A DNA stretch of 64,000 nucleotides from Octopus sinensis. Its lineage: Eukaryota. The stretch covers positions 12,462,001 to 12,526,000 of the forward strand of contig NC_043023.1 of assembly GCF_006345805.1 (NCBI RefSeq). The letters run 5' to 3'. Position numbers and translations under genes: made by a program. The number at the start of each line of letters is the position of its first letter. Positions within the stretch are counted from its first letter, which is position 1. Below, one piece after another: positions 1-14,040 of the stretch. The notes under the pieces were generated by a model. That model ran no database searches and had not been told where the DNA came from. It saw nothing but the letters and a program-made list of their open reading frames with translations.

Positions 1-131
1 AACCTTAGTCACAATTTATGTTCCTAACACTAGCTGAATGATAACTAAGTTATTTTACTAAATTCTTTGTTATATTTAAAGTAATTGAAAGAAACACAGA
101 ACATCATAAAAGAAATATGGTAACAAAAGGG
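1..131. mobile_element. Right end of a probable piggyBac-like non-autonomous element
   Basis: Ends AAAAGGG then TCAA (degenerate TTAA), at the position where the paralogous ZNF leader has GATATTAA-GCAAAATCACAGATG (~20692-20713). Left end is outside the window. Confidence 0.45.
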
Positions 132-271
132 TCAAATAAGATCACAGATGAAAGAAACATAACATTAAATTATTCTCTAAAAATAGTGACTCAGTTGAAC
201 TCAAACATATTCATAGAAATGAAAAGAACATTACCATTGTGATGATATGTATGAAAAATTATTCTCTCAGA

Positions 272-780
<509 letters not shown>

Positions 781-1399
781 ACAAGCCTCACACTACACGA
801 TCACATATACACACATGGCAGTAAATCCTCCTGCCGAATTCCATCACAAAGCTTCGGTCGGCTCGGGGCTATAGTGGAAGACACCTACCCAAAGTGCCAC
901 ATAACAGTGGGACTGAACCCGAAACCATGTAGCTAGGAAGCAAGCTCCCTAACCACACAGCCATGCCCGTAAAAGTACCACGTAAAAGGCTCTGGTGCTG
1001 GTACCACATAAAAGGCTCTGGTGATATCTCAACTGGTACAAAGTCACACCCATTCAATATTACTTTCCTCCTTCACAGTTGTAGGTATTTTTGTCTGGCA
1101 AAGAACATGGTAACTCTGCTGGTGCTACATCAAAAGCATTTCACCCGGCATGCTAACGTTTCTGCCAGCTCGCCGCCTTTGACTCTTCTATTCTTGCTAC
1201 TTGTCCTCTCGTTCATGGCAGTGGCCTTTTATGACAAGTGATTTGATGCTTTGACCGCTGGATTTTTCCAGGACTTTGTCGTTGGTCTAGTCGTATTCCC
1301 ATTTCATGTTCAAGATCGAATGATTCTTTTGTATCCCTGATCCAAACACTGACATCTGAGAGACTGTGCCATCGTACAGGATGGAGAAATCTTTCTCTC

Positions 1400-1795
1400 T
1401 TTCTCTTTTTTACTTGTTTCAGTCGTTTGACTGCGGCCATGCTGGAGCACCGCCTTTAGTCGAGCAGCTCGAACCCTGGACTTATTCTTTGTAACCCAGT
1501 ACTTATTCTATCGTCTCTCTCTTTTCCGAACTGCTAAGTGACGGGACATAAACACACCAGCATTGGTTGCCAAGCAATGCTAGGGGACAAACACAACACA
1601 CACACCCATACATATATATATTATACATATACGATGGGCTTCTTTCAGTTTCTGTCTACCAGATCCACTCACAAGGCTTTGGTCAGCCCGAGGCTATAGT
1701 AGAAGACACTTGCCCAAGGTACCACGCAATGAGACTGAACCCGGAACCATGTGGTTGGTAAGCAAGCTACTTACCACACAGCCACTCCTGCGCCT
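1400..1795 (-). mobile_element. tRNA-derived SINE family 1 (other copies ~820-967, 3690-4072, 13468-13870, 15690-16068, 19684-20225, 27338-27715, 32475-32835, 34515-34897, 46533-46916, 59048-59434, 63515-63836)
   Basis: Family head GGCGCAGGAGTGGCTGTGTGG (A box), GGTTCAGTCCC (B box), CORE-like CCTTGGGCAAGTG, internal (TA)/(TG) microsatellite, tail GAAACAAGTAAAAGAG. Many ~380-bp copies. Confidence 0.85.
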
Positions 1796-2374
1796 ATGTG
1801 TTTCTATTGTTACTTGTTTTCTTACTCTATGTTGAGACACTGACTCCTCTATACCTGAGATATCTCAACTGGTATAAAATCACACCCCTTCAATACTACT
1901 TTCTTCCCTCACAGTTGTGGGGATTTTTGTCTTGCAAGGAACACGGTAACCCTGTTGGTGCTGGTGCTACATGCAAAGCACTGGTGCTGTTGCCTAATAT
2001 ACTGGCCTAGAGCGAGTATCACGTATGGAGCACAAGCGCTGGTGTCATGTACAACACTCAGGTGCTGTTGCCACATAGAGCAGAGAGCCAGAACCACATA
2101 TAAGGGGCTGTTCTCGTGTAATAAGGACTAGAGATGGTTCCATGCAAAATGCACAGTTGCTGAATCCTGGAAAAAAAGCATTAAGAGCCCCGGTGCTGGG
2201 ACCATGAAAAAGCACTGGTGACAGTGTCATGTAAAAAGAGCAGGGACTGCTGTCACTAAAATTTCAGTAGTGTCAGTCCCTCCTAAAAAATTACGGGCAA
2301 TCATACTAAGTGAAAAGCAATGATGGTAGTTGCAAGTCAAAAAATCACTATGGATGGTGCCATGTAAAAACATG

Positions 2375-3225
2375 TGATGGTACCACATAAAAGGCTCTGG
2401 TGCTGGTACCAGTAAACGTAAAAGGCCTGTTGCTGGACCACTAAAAGGCTCTGGTCTGGTACCACGTAAAAGGCTCTGGTGATGGTGGTACCACGTAAAA
2501 GGCTCTGGTGCTGGTACCACGTAAAAGGCTGGTGCTGGTACCAGTCGTAAAAGGCTCTGGTGCTGGTACCACAGTAAAAGGCTCTGGTGCTGGTACCACG
2601 TAAAAGGCTCTGGTGCTGGTACCACACGTAAAAGGCTCTGGTGTATGTATCACTAAAAGGCTCTGGTGCTGGTACCACGTAAAAGGCTCTGGTGATGGTA
2701 CCAACATAAAAGGCTCTGGTGCTGGTACCCACGTAAAAGGCTTGGTGTTGGTACCACATAAAGGCTCTGGTGCTGTTACCTGGAAAAGGTGACCACGTAA
2801 AAGGCTCTGGTGATGGTACCACGTAAAAGGCTCTGGTGCTGTACCGACACGTAAAAGGCTCTGGTGCTGGTACCACGTAAAAGGCTCTGGTGCTGGTACA
2901 CGTAAAAGGCTCTGGTGCTGGTACCACATAAAAGGCTCTGGTCTGGTACCACGTAAAAGGCTCTGGTGCTGGTACCACGTAAAAGGCTCTGGTGCGGTAC
3001 CACGTAAAGGCTCTGGTGATGGTACCACATAAAAGCTCTGTGCTGGTACCACGTAAAAGGCTCTGGTGCTGGTACCACTTAAAAGGCTCTGGTGCTGGTA
3101 CCACGTAAAGGCTCTGGTGCTGGTACCACGTAAAAGGCTCTGGTGCTGGTACCACGTAAAAGGCTCTGGTGCTGGTACCACGTAAAAGGCTCTGGTGGCT
3201 GGTACCACGTAAAAGGCTCTGGTGC
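2375..3225. repeat. Short, indel-rich copy of the 26-bp minisatellite
   Basis: GGTACCACGTAAAAGGCTCTGGTGCT units with scattered indels. Confidence 0.9.
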
Positions 3226-4644
3226 TTAGCAAGCTCCCTACCAACACAGCCATGCCCGTTAAAAGTACCACGTAAAGGCCTCTGTGCTGGTACCACATAA
3301 AAGGCTCTGGTGATATCTCAACTGGTACAAAGGTCACACCCATTCAATATTACTTTCCTCCTTCACAGTTGTAGGTATTTTTGTCGGCAAAGAACATGGT
3401 AAACTCTGCTGGTGCTACATCAAAAGCATTTCACCCGGCATGCTAACGTTTCTGCCAGCTCGCCGCCTTTGACTCTTCTATTTTGCTACTTGTCCTCTCG
3501 TTCATGGCAGTGGCCTTTTATGACAAGTGATTTGATGCTTTGACCGCTGGATTTTTCCAGGACTTTGTCGGGTTAGTCGTATTCCCATTTCATGTTCAAG
3601 ATCGAATGATTCTTTTGTATCCCTGATCCAAACACTGACATCTGAGAGACTGTGCCATCGTACAGGATGGAGAAATCTTTCTCTCTTTCTCTTTTTTACT
3701 TGTTTCAGTCGTTTGACTGCAGCCATGCTGGAGCACCGCCTTTAGTCGAGCAGCTCGAACCCTGGACTTATTCTTTGTAAGCCCAGTACTTATTCTATCG
3801 GTCTCTTTTGCCGAACTGCTAAGTGACGGGGACATAAACACACCAGCATTAGTTGCCAAGCAATGCTAGGGGGACAAAAACACACACCACAACGCATATA
3901 TATATATATAATAACGAGGGCTTCTTTCAGGCTGTCTCCAGATCCACTCACAAGGCTTTGGTCAGCCCGAGCTATAGTAGAAGACACTTGCCCCGGTACC
4001 ACGCAATGAGACTGAACCCGGAACCATGTGGTTGGTAAGCAAGCTACTTACCACACAGCCACTCCTGCGCCTATGTGTTTCTATTGGTTACTTGTTTTCT
4101 CACTCTATGTTGAGACACTGACTCCGCTATACCTGAGATATCTCAACTGGGATAAAAAATCACACCCCTTCAATACTACTTTCTTCCCTCACAGTTGTGG
4201 GGATTTTTGTCTTGCAAGGAACACGGTAACCCTGTTGGTGCTGGTGCTACATGCAAAGCACTGGTGCTGTTGCCTATATACTGGCCTAGAGCGAGTATCA
4301 CGTATGGAGCACAAGCGCTGGTGTCATGTACAACACTCAGGTGCTGTTGCCACATAGACAGAGAGCCAGAACCACAGATAAGGGGCTGTTCTCGTGTAAT
4401 AAGGACTAGAGATGGTTCAATGCAAATGCACAGTGTGCTGAATCCTGGTAAAAAAAGCATTAAGACCCGGTTCTGGGACCATGAAAAAGCACTGGTGACA
4501 GTGTCATGTAAAAAGAGCAGGACTGCTGTCACTAAAATTTCAGTAGTGGTGGTCCCGGATCGTCTAAAAATTACGGCAATCATATAAGTGAAAAGCAATG
4601 AGGTGTTGCAAGTCAAAAAATCACTATGGATGGTGCCATAAAAC

Positions 4645-7600
4645 ATGGTGATGGTACCACATAAAAGGCTCTGGTGCTGGTACCACGTAAAAGGCTCTGG
4701 TGCTGGTACCACGTAAAAGCCTCTGGTGCTGGTACCACGTAAAGGCTCTGGTGATGGTACCACATAAAGGCTCTGGTGCTGGTACCACGTAAAAGGCTCT
4801 GGTGCTGGTACCACGTAAAAGGCTCTGGTGATGGTACCACGTAAAAGGCTCTGGTGCTGGTACCACGTAAAAGGCTCTGGTGATGGTACCACGTAAAAGG
4901 CTCTGGTGCTGGTACCACGTAAAAGGCTCTGGTGCTGGTACCACGTAAAAGGCTCTGGTGCTGGTACCACGTAAAAGGCTCTGGTGCTGGTACCACATAA
5001 AAGGCTCTGGTGCTGGTACCACGTAAAAGGCTCTGGTGCTGGTACCACGTAAAAGGCTCTGGTGCTGGTACCACGTAAAAGGCTCTGGTGCTGGTACCAC
5101 GTAAAAGGCTCTGGTGATGGTACCACATAAAAGGCTCTGGTGCTGGTACCACGTAAAAGGCTCTGGTGATGGTATCACATAAAAGGCTCTGGTGCTGGTA
5201 CCACGTAAAAGGCTCTGGTGATGGTACCACGTAAAAGGCTCTGGTGATGGTACCACATAAAAGGCTCTGGTGCTGGTACCACGTAAAAGGCTCTGGTGAT
5301 GGTACCACGTAAAAGGCTCTGGTGATGGTACCACGTAAAAGGCTCTGGTGTTGATACCACATAAAAGGCTCTGGTGGGGTACCACATAAAGGCTCTGGTG
5401 ATGGTACCACGTAAAAGGCTCTGGTGATGGTACCACATAAAAGGCTCTGGTGCTGGTACCACGTAAAAGGCTCTGGTGATGGTACCACGTAAAAGGCTCT
5501 GGTGTTGGTACCACATAAAAGGCTCTGGTGCTGGTACCACGTAAAAGCTCTGGTGATGGTACCACATAAAAGGCTCTGGTGCTGGTACCACGTAAAAGGC
5601 TCTGGTGATGGTACCACGTAAAAGGCTCTGGTGATGGTACCACGTAAAAGGCTCTGGTGGTGATACCACATAAAAGGCTCTGGTGATGGTATCACATAAA
5701 AGGCCCTGGTGCTGGTACCACGTAAAAGGCTCTGGTGATGGTACCACATAAAAGGCTCTGGTGCTGGTACCACGTAAAAGGCTCTGGTGATGGTACCACG
5801 TAAAAGGCTCTGGTGTTGGTACCACGTAAAAGGCTCTGGTGCTGGTACCACGTAAAAGGCTCTGGTGATGGTACCACATAAAAGGCTCTGGTGCTGGTAC
5901 CACGTAAAAGGCTCTGGTGATGGTACCACGTAAAAGGCTCTGGTGTGATACCACATAAAAAGCTCTGGTGATGGTACCACATAAAAGGCTCTGGTGCTGG
6001 TACCACGTAAAAGGCTCTGGTGATGGTACCACATAAAAGGCTCTGGTGCTGGTACCACATAAAATGCTCTGGTGATGGTACCACGTAAAAGGCTCTGGTG
6101 CTGGTACCACGTAAACAGCTCTGGTGCTGGTACCACATAAAAGGCTCTGGTGATGGTACCACGTGAAAGGCTCTGGTGCTGGTACCACGTAAAAGGCTCT
6201 GGTGCTGGTACCACGTAAGAGGCTCTGGTGCTGGTACCACATAAAAGGCTCTGGTGATGGTACCACGTAAAAGGCACTGGTGTTGATACCACATAAAAGG
6301 CTCTGGTGTTGATACCACATAAAAGGCTCTGGTGATGGTACCACATAAAAGGCTCTGCTGCTGGTACCACATAAAAGGCTCTGGTGCTGGTACCACATAA
6401 AAGGCTCTGGTGTTGGTACCACATAAAAGGCTCTGGTGCTGGTACCACATAAAAGGCTCTGGTGATGGTACCACGTAAAAGGCTCTGGTGATGGTACCAC
6501 ACGTAAAAGGCTCTGGTGCTGGTACCACATAAAAGGCTCTGGTGCTGGTACCACGTAAAAGGCTCTGGTGCTGGTACCACGTAAAAGGCTCTGGTGCTGG
6601 TACCACATAAAAGGCTCTGGTGCTGGTACCACATAAAAGGCTCTGGTGCTGGTACCACATAAAAGGCTCTGGTGATGGTACCACATAAAAGGCTCTGGTG
6701 CTGGTACCACGTAAAAGGCTCTGGTGATGGTACCACATAAAAGGCTCTGGTGCTGGTACCACATAAAAGGCTCTGGTGATGGTACCACGTAAAAGGCTCT
6801 GGTGCTGGTACCACGTAAAAGGCTCTGGTGCTGGTACCACATAAAAGGCTCTAGTGATGGTACCACGTAAAAGGCTCTGGTGCTGGTACCACGTAAAAGG
6901 CTCTGGTGCTGGTACCACGTAAAAGGCTCTGGTGCTGGTACCACATAAAAGGCTCTGGTGATGGTACCACGTAAAAGGCACTGGTGTTGATACCACATAA
7001 AAGGCTCTGGTATTGATACCACATAAAAGGCTCTGGTGATGGTACCACATAAAAGGCTCTGGTGTTGGTACTACATAAAAGGCTCTGGTGCTGGTACCAC
7101 ATAAAAGGCTCTGGTGTTGGTACCACATAAAACGCTCTGGTGCTGGTACCACATAAAAGGCTCTGGTGATGGTACCACGTAAAAGGCTCTGGTGATGGTA
7201 CCACGTAAACGGCTCTGGTGCTGGTACCACATAAAAGGCTCTGGTGCTGGTACCACGTAAAAGGCTCTGGTGCTGGTACCACATAAAAGGCTCTGGTGCT
7301 GGTACCACATAAAAGGCTCTGGTGCTGGTACCACATAAAAGGCTCTGGTGATGGTACCACATAAAAGGCTCTGGTGTTGGTACCACATAAAAGCTCTGGT
7401 GTTGGTACCACGTAAAAGGCTCTGGTGCTGGTACCACATAAAAGGCTCTGGTGATGGTACCACATAAAAGGCTCTGGTGCTGGTACCACATAAAAGGCTC
7501 TGGTGCTGGTACCACATAAAAGGCTCTGGTGATGGTACCACGTAAAAGGCTCTGGTGATGGTACCACATAAAAGGCTCTGGTGATGGTACCACGTAAAAG

Positions 7601-10600
7601 GCTCTGGTGATGGTACCACGTAAAAGGCTCTGGTGATGGTACCACATAAAAGGCTCTGGTGTTGGTACCACATAAAAGGCTCTGGTGCTGGTACCACAAA
7701 AAAGGCTCTGGTGCTGGTACCACGTAAAAGGCTCTGGTGTTGGTACCACATAAAAGGCTCTGGTGCTGGTACCACATAAAAGGCTCTGGTGATGGTACCA
7801 CATAAAAGGCTCTGGTGTTGGTACCACATAAAAGGCTCTGGTGTTGATACCACGTAAAAGGCTCTGGTGCAGGAACCACATAAAAGGCTCTGGTGCTGGT
7901 ACCACATAAAAGGCTCTGGTGCCGGTACCACATAAAAGGCTCTGGTGCTGGTACCACGTAAAAGGCTCTGGTGCTGGTACCACGTAAAAGGCTCTGGTGT
8001 TGGTATCACATAAAAGGCTCTGGTGATGGTACCACGTAAAAGGCTCTGGTGATGGTACCACATAAAAGGCTCTGGTGTTGGTACCACATAAAAGGCTCTG
8101 GTGCTGGTACCACATAAAAGGCTCTGGTGATGGTACCACATAAAAGGCTCTGGTGTTGGTACCACATAAAAGCTCTGGTGTTGATACCACGTAAAAGGCT
8201 CTGGTGCTGGTACCACATAAAAGGCTCTGGTGATGGTACCACATAAAAGGCTCTGGTGCTGGTACCACATAAAAGGCTCTGGTGCTGGTACCACATAAAA
8301 GGCTCTGGTGATGGTACCACGTAAAAGGCTCTGGTGATGGTACCACATAAAAGGCTCTGGTGATGGTACCACGTAAAAGGCTCTGGTGATGGTACCACGT
8401 AAAAGGCTCTGGTGATGGTACCACATAAAAGGCTCTGGTGTTGGTACCACATAAAAGGCTCTGGTGCTGGTACCACAAAAAGGCTCTGGTGCTGGTACCA
8501 CGTAAAAGGCTCTGGTGTTGGTACCACATAAAAGGCTCTGGTGCTGGTACCACATAAAAGGCTCTGGTGATGGTACCACATAAAAGGCTCTGGTGTTGGT
8601 ACCACATAAAAGGCTCTGGTGTTGATACAACGTAAAAGGCTCTGGTGCAGGAACCACATAAAAGGCTCTGGTGCTGGTACCACATAAAAGGCTCTGGTGC
8701 TGGTACCACGTAAAAGGCTCTGGTGATGGTACCACATAAAAGGCTCTGGTGCTGGTACCACGTAAAAGGCTCTGGTGATGGTACCACGTAAAAGGCTCTG
8801 GTGCTGGTACCACGTAAAAGGCTCTGGTGCTGGTACCACATAAAAGGCTCTGGTGCTGGTACCACGTAAAAGGCTCTGGTGCTGGTACCACGTAAAAGGC
8901 TCTGGTGATGGTACCACATAAAAGGCTCTGGTGCTGGTACCACATAAAAGGCTCTGGTGCTGGTACCACGTAAAAGGCTCTGGTGATGGTACCACGTAAA
9001 AGGCTCTGGTGTTGGTACCACATAAAAGGCTCTGGTGATGGTACCACGTAAAAGGCTCTGGTGATGGTACCACATAAAAGGCTCTGGTGCTGGTACCACG
9101 TAAAAGGCTCTGGTGATGGTACCACGTAAAAGGCTCTGGTGATGGTACCACGTAAAAGGCTCTGTTGTTGATACCACATAAAAGGCTCTGGTGATGGTAC
9201 CACATAAAAGGCTCTGGTGCTGGTACCACGTAAAAGGCTCTGGTGATGGTACCACATAAAAGGCTCTGGTGCTGGTACCACATAAAAGGCTCTGGTGATG
9301 GTACCACGTAAAAGGCTCTGGTGCTGGTACCACGTAAAAGGCTCTGGTGCTGGTACCACGTAAAAGGCTCTGGTAATGGTACGACGTAAAAGGCTCTGGT
9401 GTTGGTACCACATAAAAGGCTCTGGTGCTGGTACCACGTAAAAGGCTCTGGTGATGGTACCACATAAAAGGCTCTGGTGCTGGTACCACGTAAAAGGCTC
9501 TGGTGATGGTACCACGTAAAAGGCTCTGGTGTTGATACCACATAAAAGGCTCTGGTGAGGGTACCACATAAAAGGCTCTGGTGCTGGTACCACGTAAAAG
9601 GCTCTGGTGATGGTACCACATAAAAGGCTCTGGTGCTGGTACCACGTAAAAGGCTCTGGTGATGGTACCACGTAAAAGGCTCTGGTGTTGGTACCACATA
9701 AAAGGCTCTGGTGCTGGTACCACGTAAAAGGCTCTGGTGATGGTACCACATAAAAGGCTCTGGTGCTGGTACCACGTAAAAGGCTCTGGTGATGGTACCA
9801 CGTAAAAGGCTCTGGTGATGGTACCACGTAAAAGGCTCTGGTGGTGATACCACATAAAAGGCTCTGGTGATGGTATCACATAAAAGGCTCTGGTGCTGGT
9901 ACCACGTAAAAGGCTCTGGTGATGGTACCACATAAAAGGCTCTGGTGCTGGTACCACGTAAAAGGCTCTGGTGATGGTACCACGTAAAAGGCTCTGGTGT
10001 TGGTACCACGTAAAAGGCTCTGGTGCTGGTACCACGTAAAAGGCTCTGGTGATGGTACCACATAAAAGGCTCTGGTGCTGGTACCACGTAAAAGGCTCTG
10101 GTGATGGTACCACGTAAAAGGCTCTGGTGGTGATACCACATAAAAAGCTCTGGTGATGGTACCACATAAAAGGCTCTGGTGCTGGTACCACGTAAAAGGC
10201 TCTGGTGATGGTACCACATAAAAGGCTCTGGTGCTGGTACCACATAAAATGCTCTGGTGATGGTACCACGTAAAAGGCTCTGGTGCTGGTACCACGTAAA
10301 CAGCTCTGGTGCTGGTACCACATAAAAGGCTCTGGTGATGGTACCACGTGAAAGGCTCTGGTGCTGGTACCACGTAAAAGGCTCTGGTGCTGGTACCACG
10401 TAAAAGGCTCTGGTGCTGGTACCACATAAAAGGCTCTGGTGATGGTACCACGTAAAAGGCACTGGTGTTGATACCACATAAAAGGCTCTGGTGTTGATAC
10501 CACATAAAAGGCTCTGGTGATGGTACCACATAAAAGGCTCTGGTGCTGGTACCACATAAAAGGCTCTGGTGTTGGTACCACATAAAAGGCTCTGGTGCTG

Positions 10601-12410
10601 GTACCACATAAAAGGCTCTGGTGATGGTACCACGTAAAAGGCTCTGGTGATGGTACCACGTAAAAGGCTCTGGTGCTGGTACCACATAAAAGGCTCTGGT
10701 GCTGGTACCACGTAAAAGGCTCTGGTGCTGGTACCACGTAAAAGGCTCTGGTGCTGGTACCACATAAAAGGCTCTGGTGCTGGTACCACATAAAAGGCTC
10801 TGGTGCTGGTACCACATAAAAGGCTCTGGTGATGGTACCACATAAAAGGCTCTGGTGTTGGTACCACATAAAAGGCTCTGGTGTTGATACCACGTAAAAG
10901 GCTCTGGTGCTGGTACCACGTAAAAGGCTCTGGTGATGGTACCACATAAAAGGCTCTGTGTTGGTACCACATAAAAGGCTCTGGTGCTGGTACCACATAA
11001 AAGGCTCTGGTGATGGTACCACGTAAAAGGCTCTGGTGATGGTACCACGTAAAAGGCTCTGGTGCTGGTACCACATAAAAGGCTCTGGTGCTGGTACCAC
11101 ATAAAAGGCTCTGGTGTTGGTACCACATAAAAGGCTCTGGTGCTGGTACCACATAAATGGCTCTGGTGATGGTACCACGTAAAAGGCTCTGGTGTTGATA
11201 CCACATAAAAGGCTCTGGTGATGGTACCACATAAAAGGCTCTGGTGTTGGTACCACATAAAAGGCTCTGGTGTTGATACCACGTAAAAGGCTCTGGTGCT
11301 GGTACCACATAAAAGGCTCTGGTGATGGTACCACATAAAAGGCTCTGGTGCTGGTACCACATAAAAGGCTCTGGTGATGGTACCACGTAAAAGGCTCTGG
11401 CGTTGATACCACATAAAAGGCTCTGGTGATGGTACCACATAAAAGGCTCTGGTGATGGTACCACATAAAAGGCTCTGGTGCTGGTACCACATAAAAGGCT
11501 CTGGTGCTGGTACCACATAAAAGTCTCTGGTGCTGGTACCACATAAAAGGCTCTGGTGCTGGTACCACGTAAAAGGCTCTGGTGTTGGTACCACATAAAA
11601 GGCTCTCGTGATGGTACCACGTAAAAGGCTCTGGTGCTGGTACCACATAAAAGGCTCTGGTGCTGCTACCACATAAAAGGCTCTGGTGCTGGTACCACAT
11701 AAAAGGCTCTGATGCTGGTACCACATAAAAGGCTCTGGTGCTGGTACCACATAAAAGGCTCTGGCGCTGGTACCACATAAAAGGCTCTGGTGTTGATACC
11801 ACATAAAAGGCTCTGGTGATGGTACCACGTGAAAGGCTCTGGTGCTGGTACCACATAAAAGGCTCTGGTGCTGGTACCACGTAAAAGGCTCTGGTGCTGG
11901 TACCACGTAAAAGGCTCTGGTGCTGGTACCACATAAAAGGCTCTGGTGCTGGTACCACGTAAAAGGCTCTGGTGATGGTACCACGTAAAAGGCTCTGGTG
12001 CTGGTACCACGTAAAATGCTCTGGTGATGGTACCACATAAAAGTCTCTGGTGCTGGTACCACGTAAAAGGCTCTGGTGCTGGTACCACGTAAAAGGCTCT
12101 GGTGATGGTACCACATAAAAGGCTCTGGTGCTGGTACCACATAAAAGGCTCTGGTGCTGGTACCACGTAAAAGGCTCTGGTGATGGTACCACGTAAAAGG
12201 CTCTGGTGCTGGTACCACGTAAAAGGCTCTGGTGATGGTACCACGTAAAAGGCTCTGGTGCTGGTACCACATAAAAGGCTCTGGTGCTGGTACCACATAA
12301 AAGGCTCTGGTGCTGGTACCACATAAAAGGCTCTGGTGCTGGTACCACATAAAAGGCTCTGGTGCTGGTACCACGTAAAAGGCTCTGGTGATGGTCCCAC
12401 ATAAAATGAA
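4645..12410. repeat. 26-bp minisatellite, ~300 units, consensus GGTACCAC(G/A)TAAAAGGCTCTGGTG(C/A/T)T
   Basis: Read directly. The 26-aa periodicity of the ORF translations equals 3 units of 26 bp. Confidence 0.97.
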
Positions 12411-12629
12411 CCGCTGAGGTTGTCACACAATAATTACTGGTATTGGTGCCCCATGAAAAGCACTGATGATGCAACCTAACACCCAGTGTTCTCTATAAAT
12501 TAGATGGTACTAAGAAGTGCTCTCTGCAATAGATTACATGCTAAAACAGGCAAGGGAACCATGTGTGGCCCCAGGCCTTGCCAGCTCCCATCAAACTATC
12601 TACATGGAAAACATATTAAATGATGGTAA

Positions 12630-13400
12630 AAAAGCACCATCCGATCGTGGCTGTTTGCCAGCCTCGTCTGGTACCTGTGTTCGGTGGCACGTAAAAAGCA
12701 CCCACTACACTCACGGAGTGGTTGGCATTAGGAAGGGCATCCAGCCGTAGAAACATTGCCAGATCAGCCTGGGCCTAGTGCAGCCTTCTGGCTTCCCAGA
12801 CCCTAGTTGAACCATCCAACCCATGCTAGCATGGAAAGCGGACACTAAACGATGATGATGATGATGATATTTTGCATCTGATCCTCCCATGATGTATTAC
12901 GAAGAATCGCCTTACTGGCACTTGGGTTGGTGGCACATGAAAAAAACATTCGAGCAAGGTCATTGCCAGTGCCGCTGGACTGGCTCCTGAGCAGGGGGCA
13001 CATAAAAAGCACCATTTGAGCATGGCCTGGCCCTCATGCAGGTGGCACATATAAGTACCCACTACACTCTTGGAGTGGGTGGCGTTAGGAAGGGCATCCA
13101 GCTGTAGAAACTCTGCCAGATCAAGACTGAAGCCTGGTGCAGCCATCTGGTTCGCCAGTCCTCAGTCATTCATCCAACCCATGCCAGCATGGAAAGCGGA
13201 CGTTAAACGATGATGATAATATAATGTAAAAAGCACCTACTACACTCTCGGAGTGGTTGGCATTATGAAGGGCATCCAGCTGTAGAAACTCTGCCAGATC
13301 AGATTGGTGTCTGGTGCAGCCATCTGGTTTGCCAGCCCTCAGTCATTCGTCCAACCCATGCCAGCATGGAAAGCGGACGTTAAACGATGATGATGATGAC
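12630..13400 (+). mobile_element. Three stacked copies of an RTE-related non-autonomous retroposon with (GAT)n tail (others 33070-33590 -, 33968-34390, 36865-37340, 45845-46405, 58305-58920, 61790-62395)
   Basis: GGCACGTAAAAAGCACCCACTACACTC..GTTGGCGTTAGGAAGGGCATCCAGC..CCAACCCATGCTAGCATGGAAAGCGGACGTTAAAC(GAT)n. The AGGAAGGGCATCC motif is recalled from RTE 5' UTR-derived elements. Confidence 0.7.
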
Positions 13401-13590
13401 GTACATATTTGTAATGTCTGTAATTTTACCTCATCATCATCATCAAGTCGTTTAACATCCGCTTTCCATGGTTCCAAGTTCAGTCCCACTGCGTGGCACC
13501 TTGGGCAAGTGTCTTCTAATATAGCCTTGGGCCGACCAATGCCTTGTGAGTGGATTTGGTAGACGGAAACTGAAAGAAGCCCGTCGTATA

Positions 13591-13654
<64 letters not shown>

Positions 13655-14040
13655 TGTATGTTTGTGTGTCTGTGTTTGACCCCCTAGCATTGCTTGACAA
13701 CCGATGCTGGTGTGTTTACGTCCCCGTCACTTAGCGGTTCGGCAATAGTGACCGATAGAATAAGTACTGGGCTTCCAAAGAATAAGTCGTGGGGTCGATT
13801 TGCTCGACTAAATTCGGTGCTCCAGCATGGCCGCAGTCAAATGACTGAAACAAGTGAAAGAGAGTAAAGAGGATATAACGAAATTGCAGCTGACGATTGG
13901 GTGGTTTGAGAGGGGGAAAAACCGTAGAAATTAAATTAATTATTCTCAGCCTGATTCCTGCAACAGAATATATTGAAATAATCCCGTAAGAAATTGGAAA
14001 AAAAACTTGGACAAAGAAAAAAAACCATGGAATCAGTTGG

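Larger units (their letters stand above)
939..4645. repeat. Tandem duplication, offset ~2.29 kb (939-3227 vs 3228 onward)
   Basis: AGCAAGCTCCCTA...ATATCTCAACTGGTACAAAG, SINE, degenerate repeats and minisatellite start all recur. The copies differ by many 1-bp indels. Confidence 0.85.

Noticed and set aside
4645-12410. CRISPR-like array
   Set aside because: Units are contiguous with no unique spacers, there are no cas genes, and the context is eukaryotic.
4613-12474. Giant minus-strand ORFs (up to 2260 aa)
   Set aside because: The reverse-complement 26-mer has no stop in any frame, so all three frames are open with the same 26-aa cycle. This is a satellite artefact.
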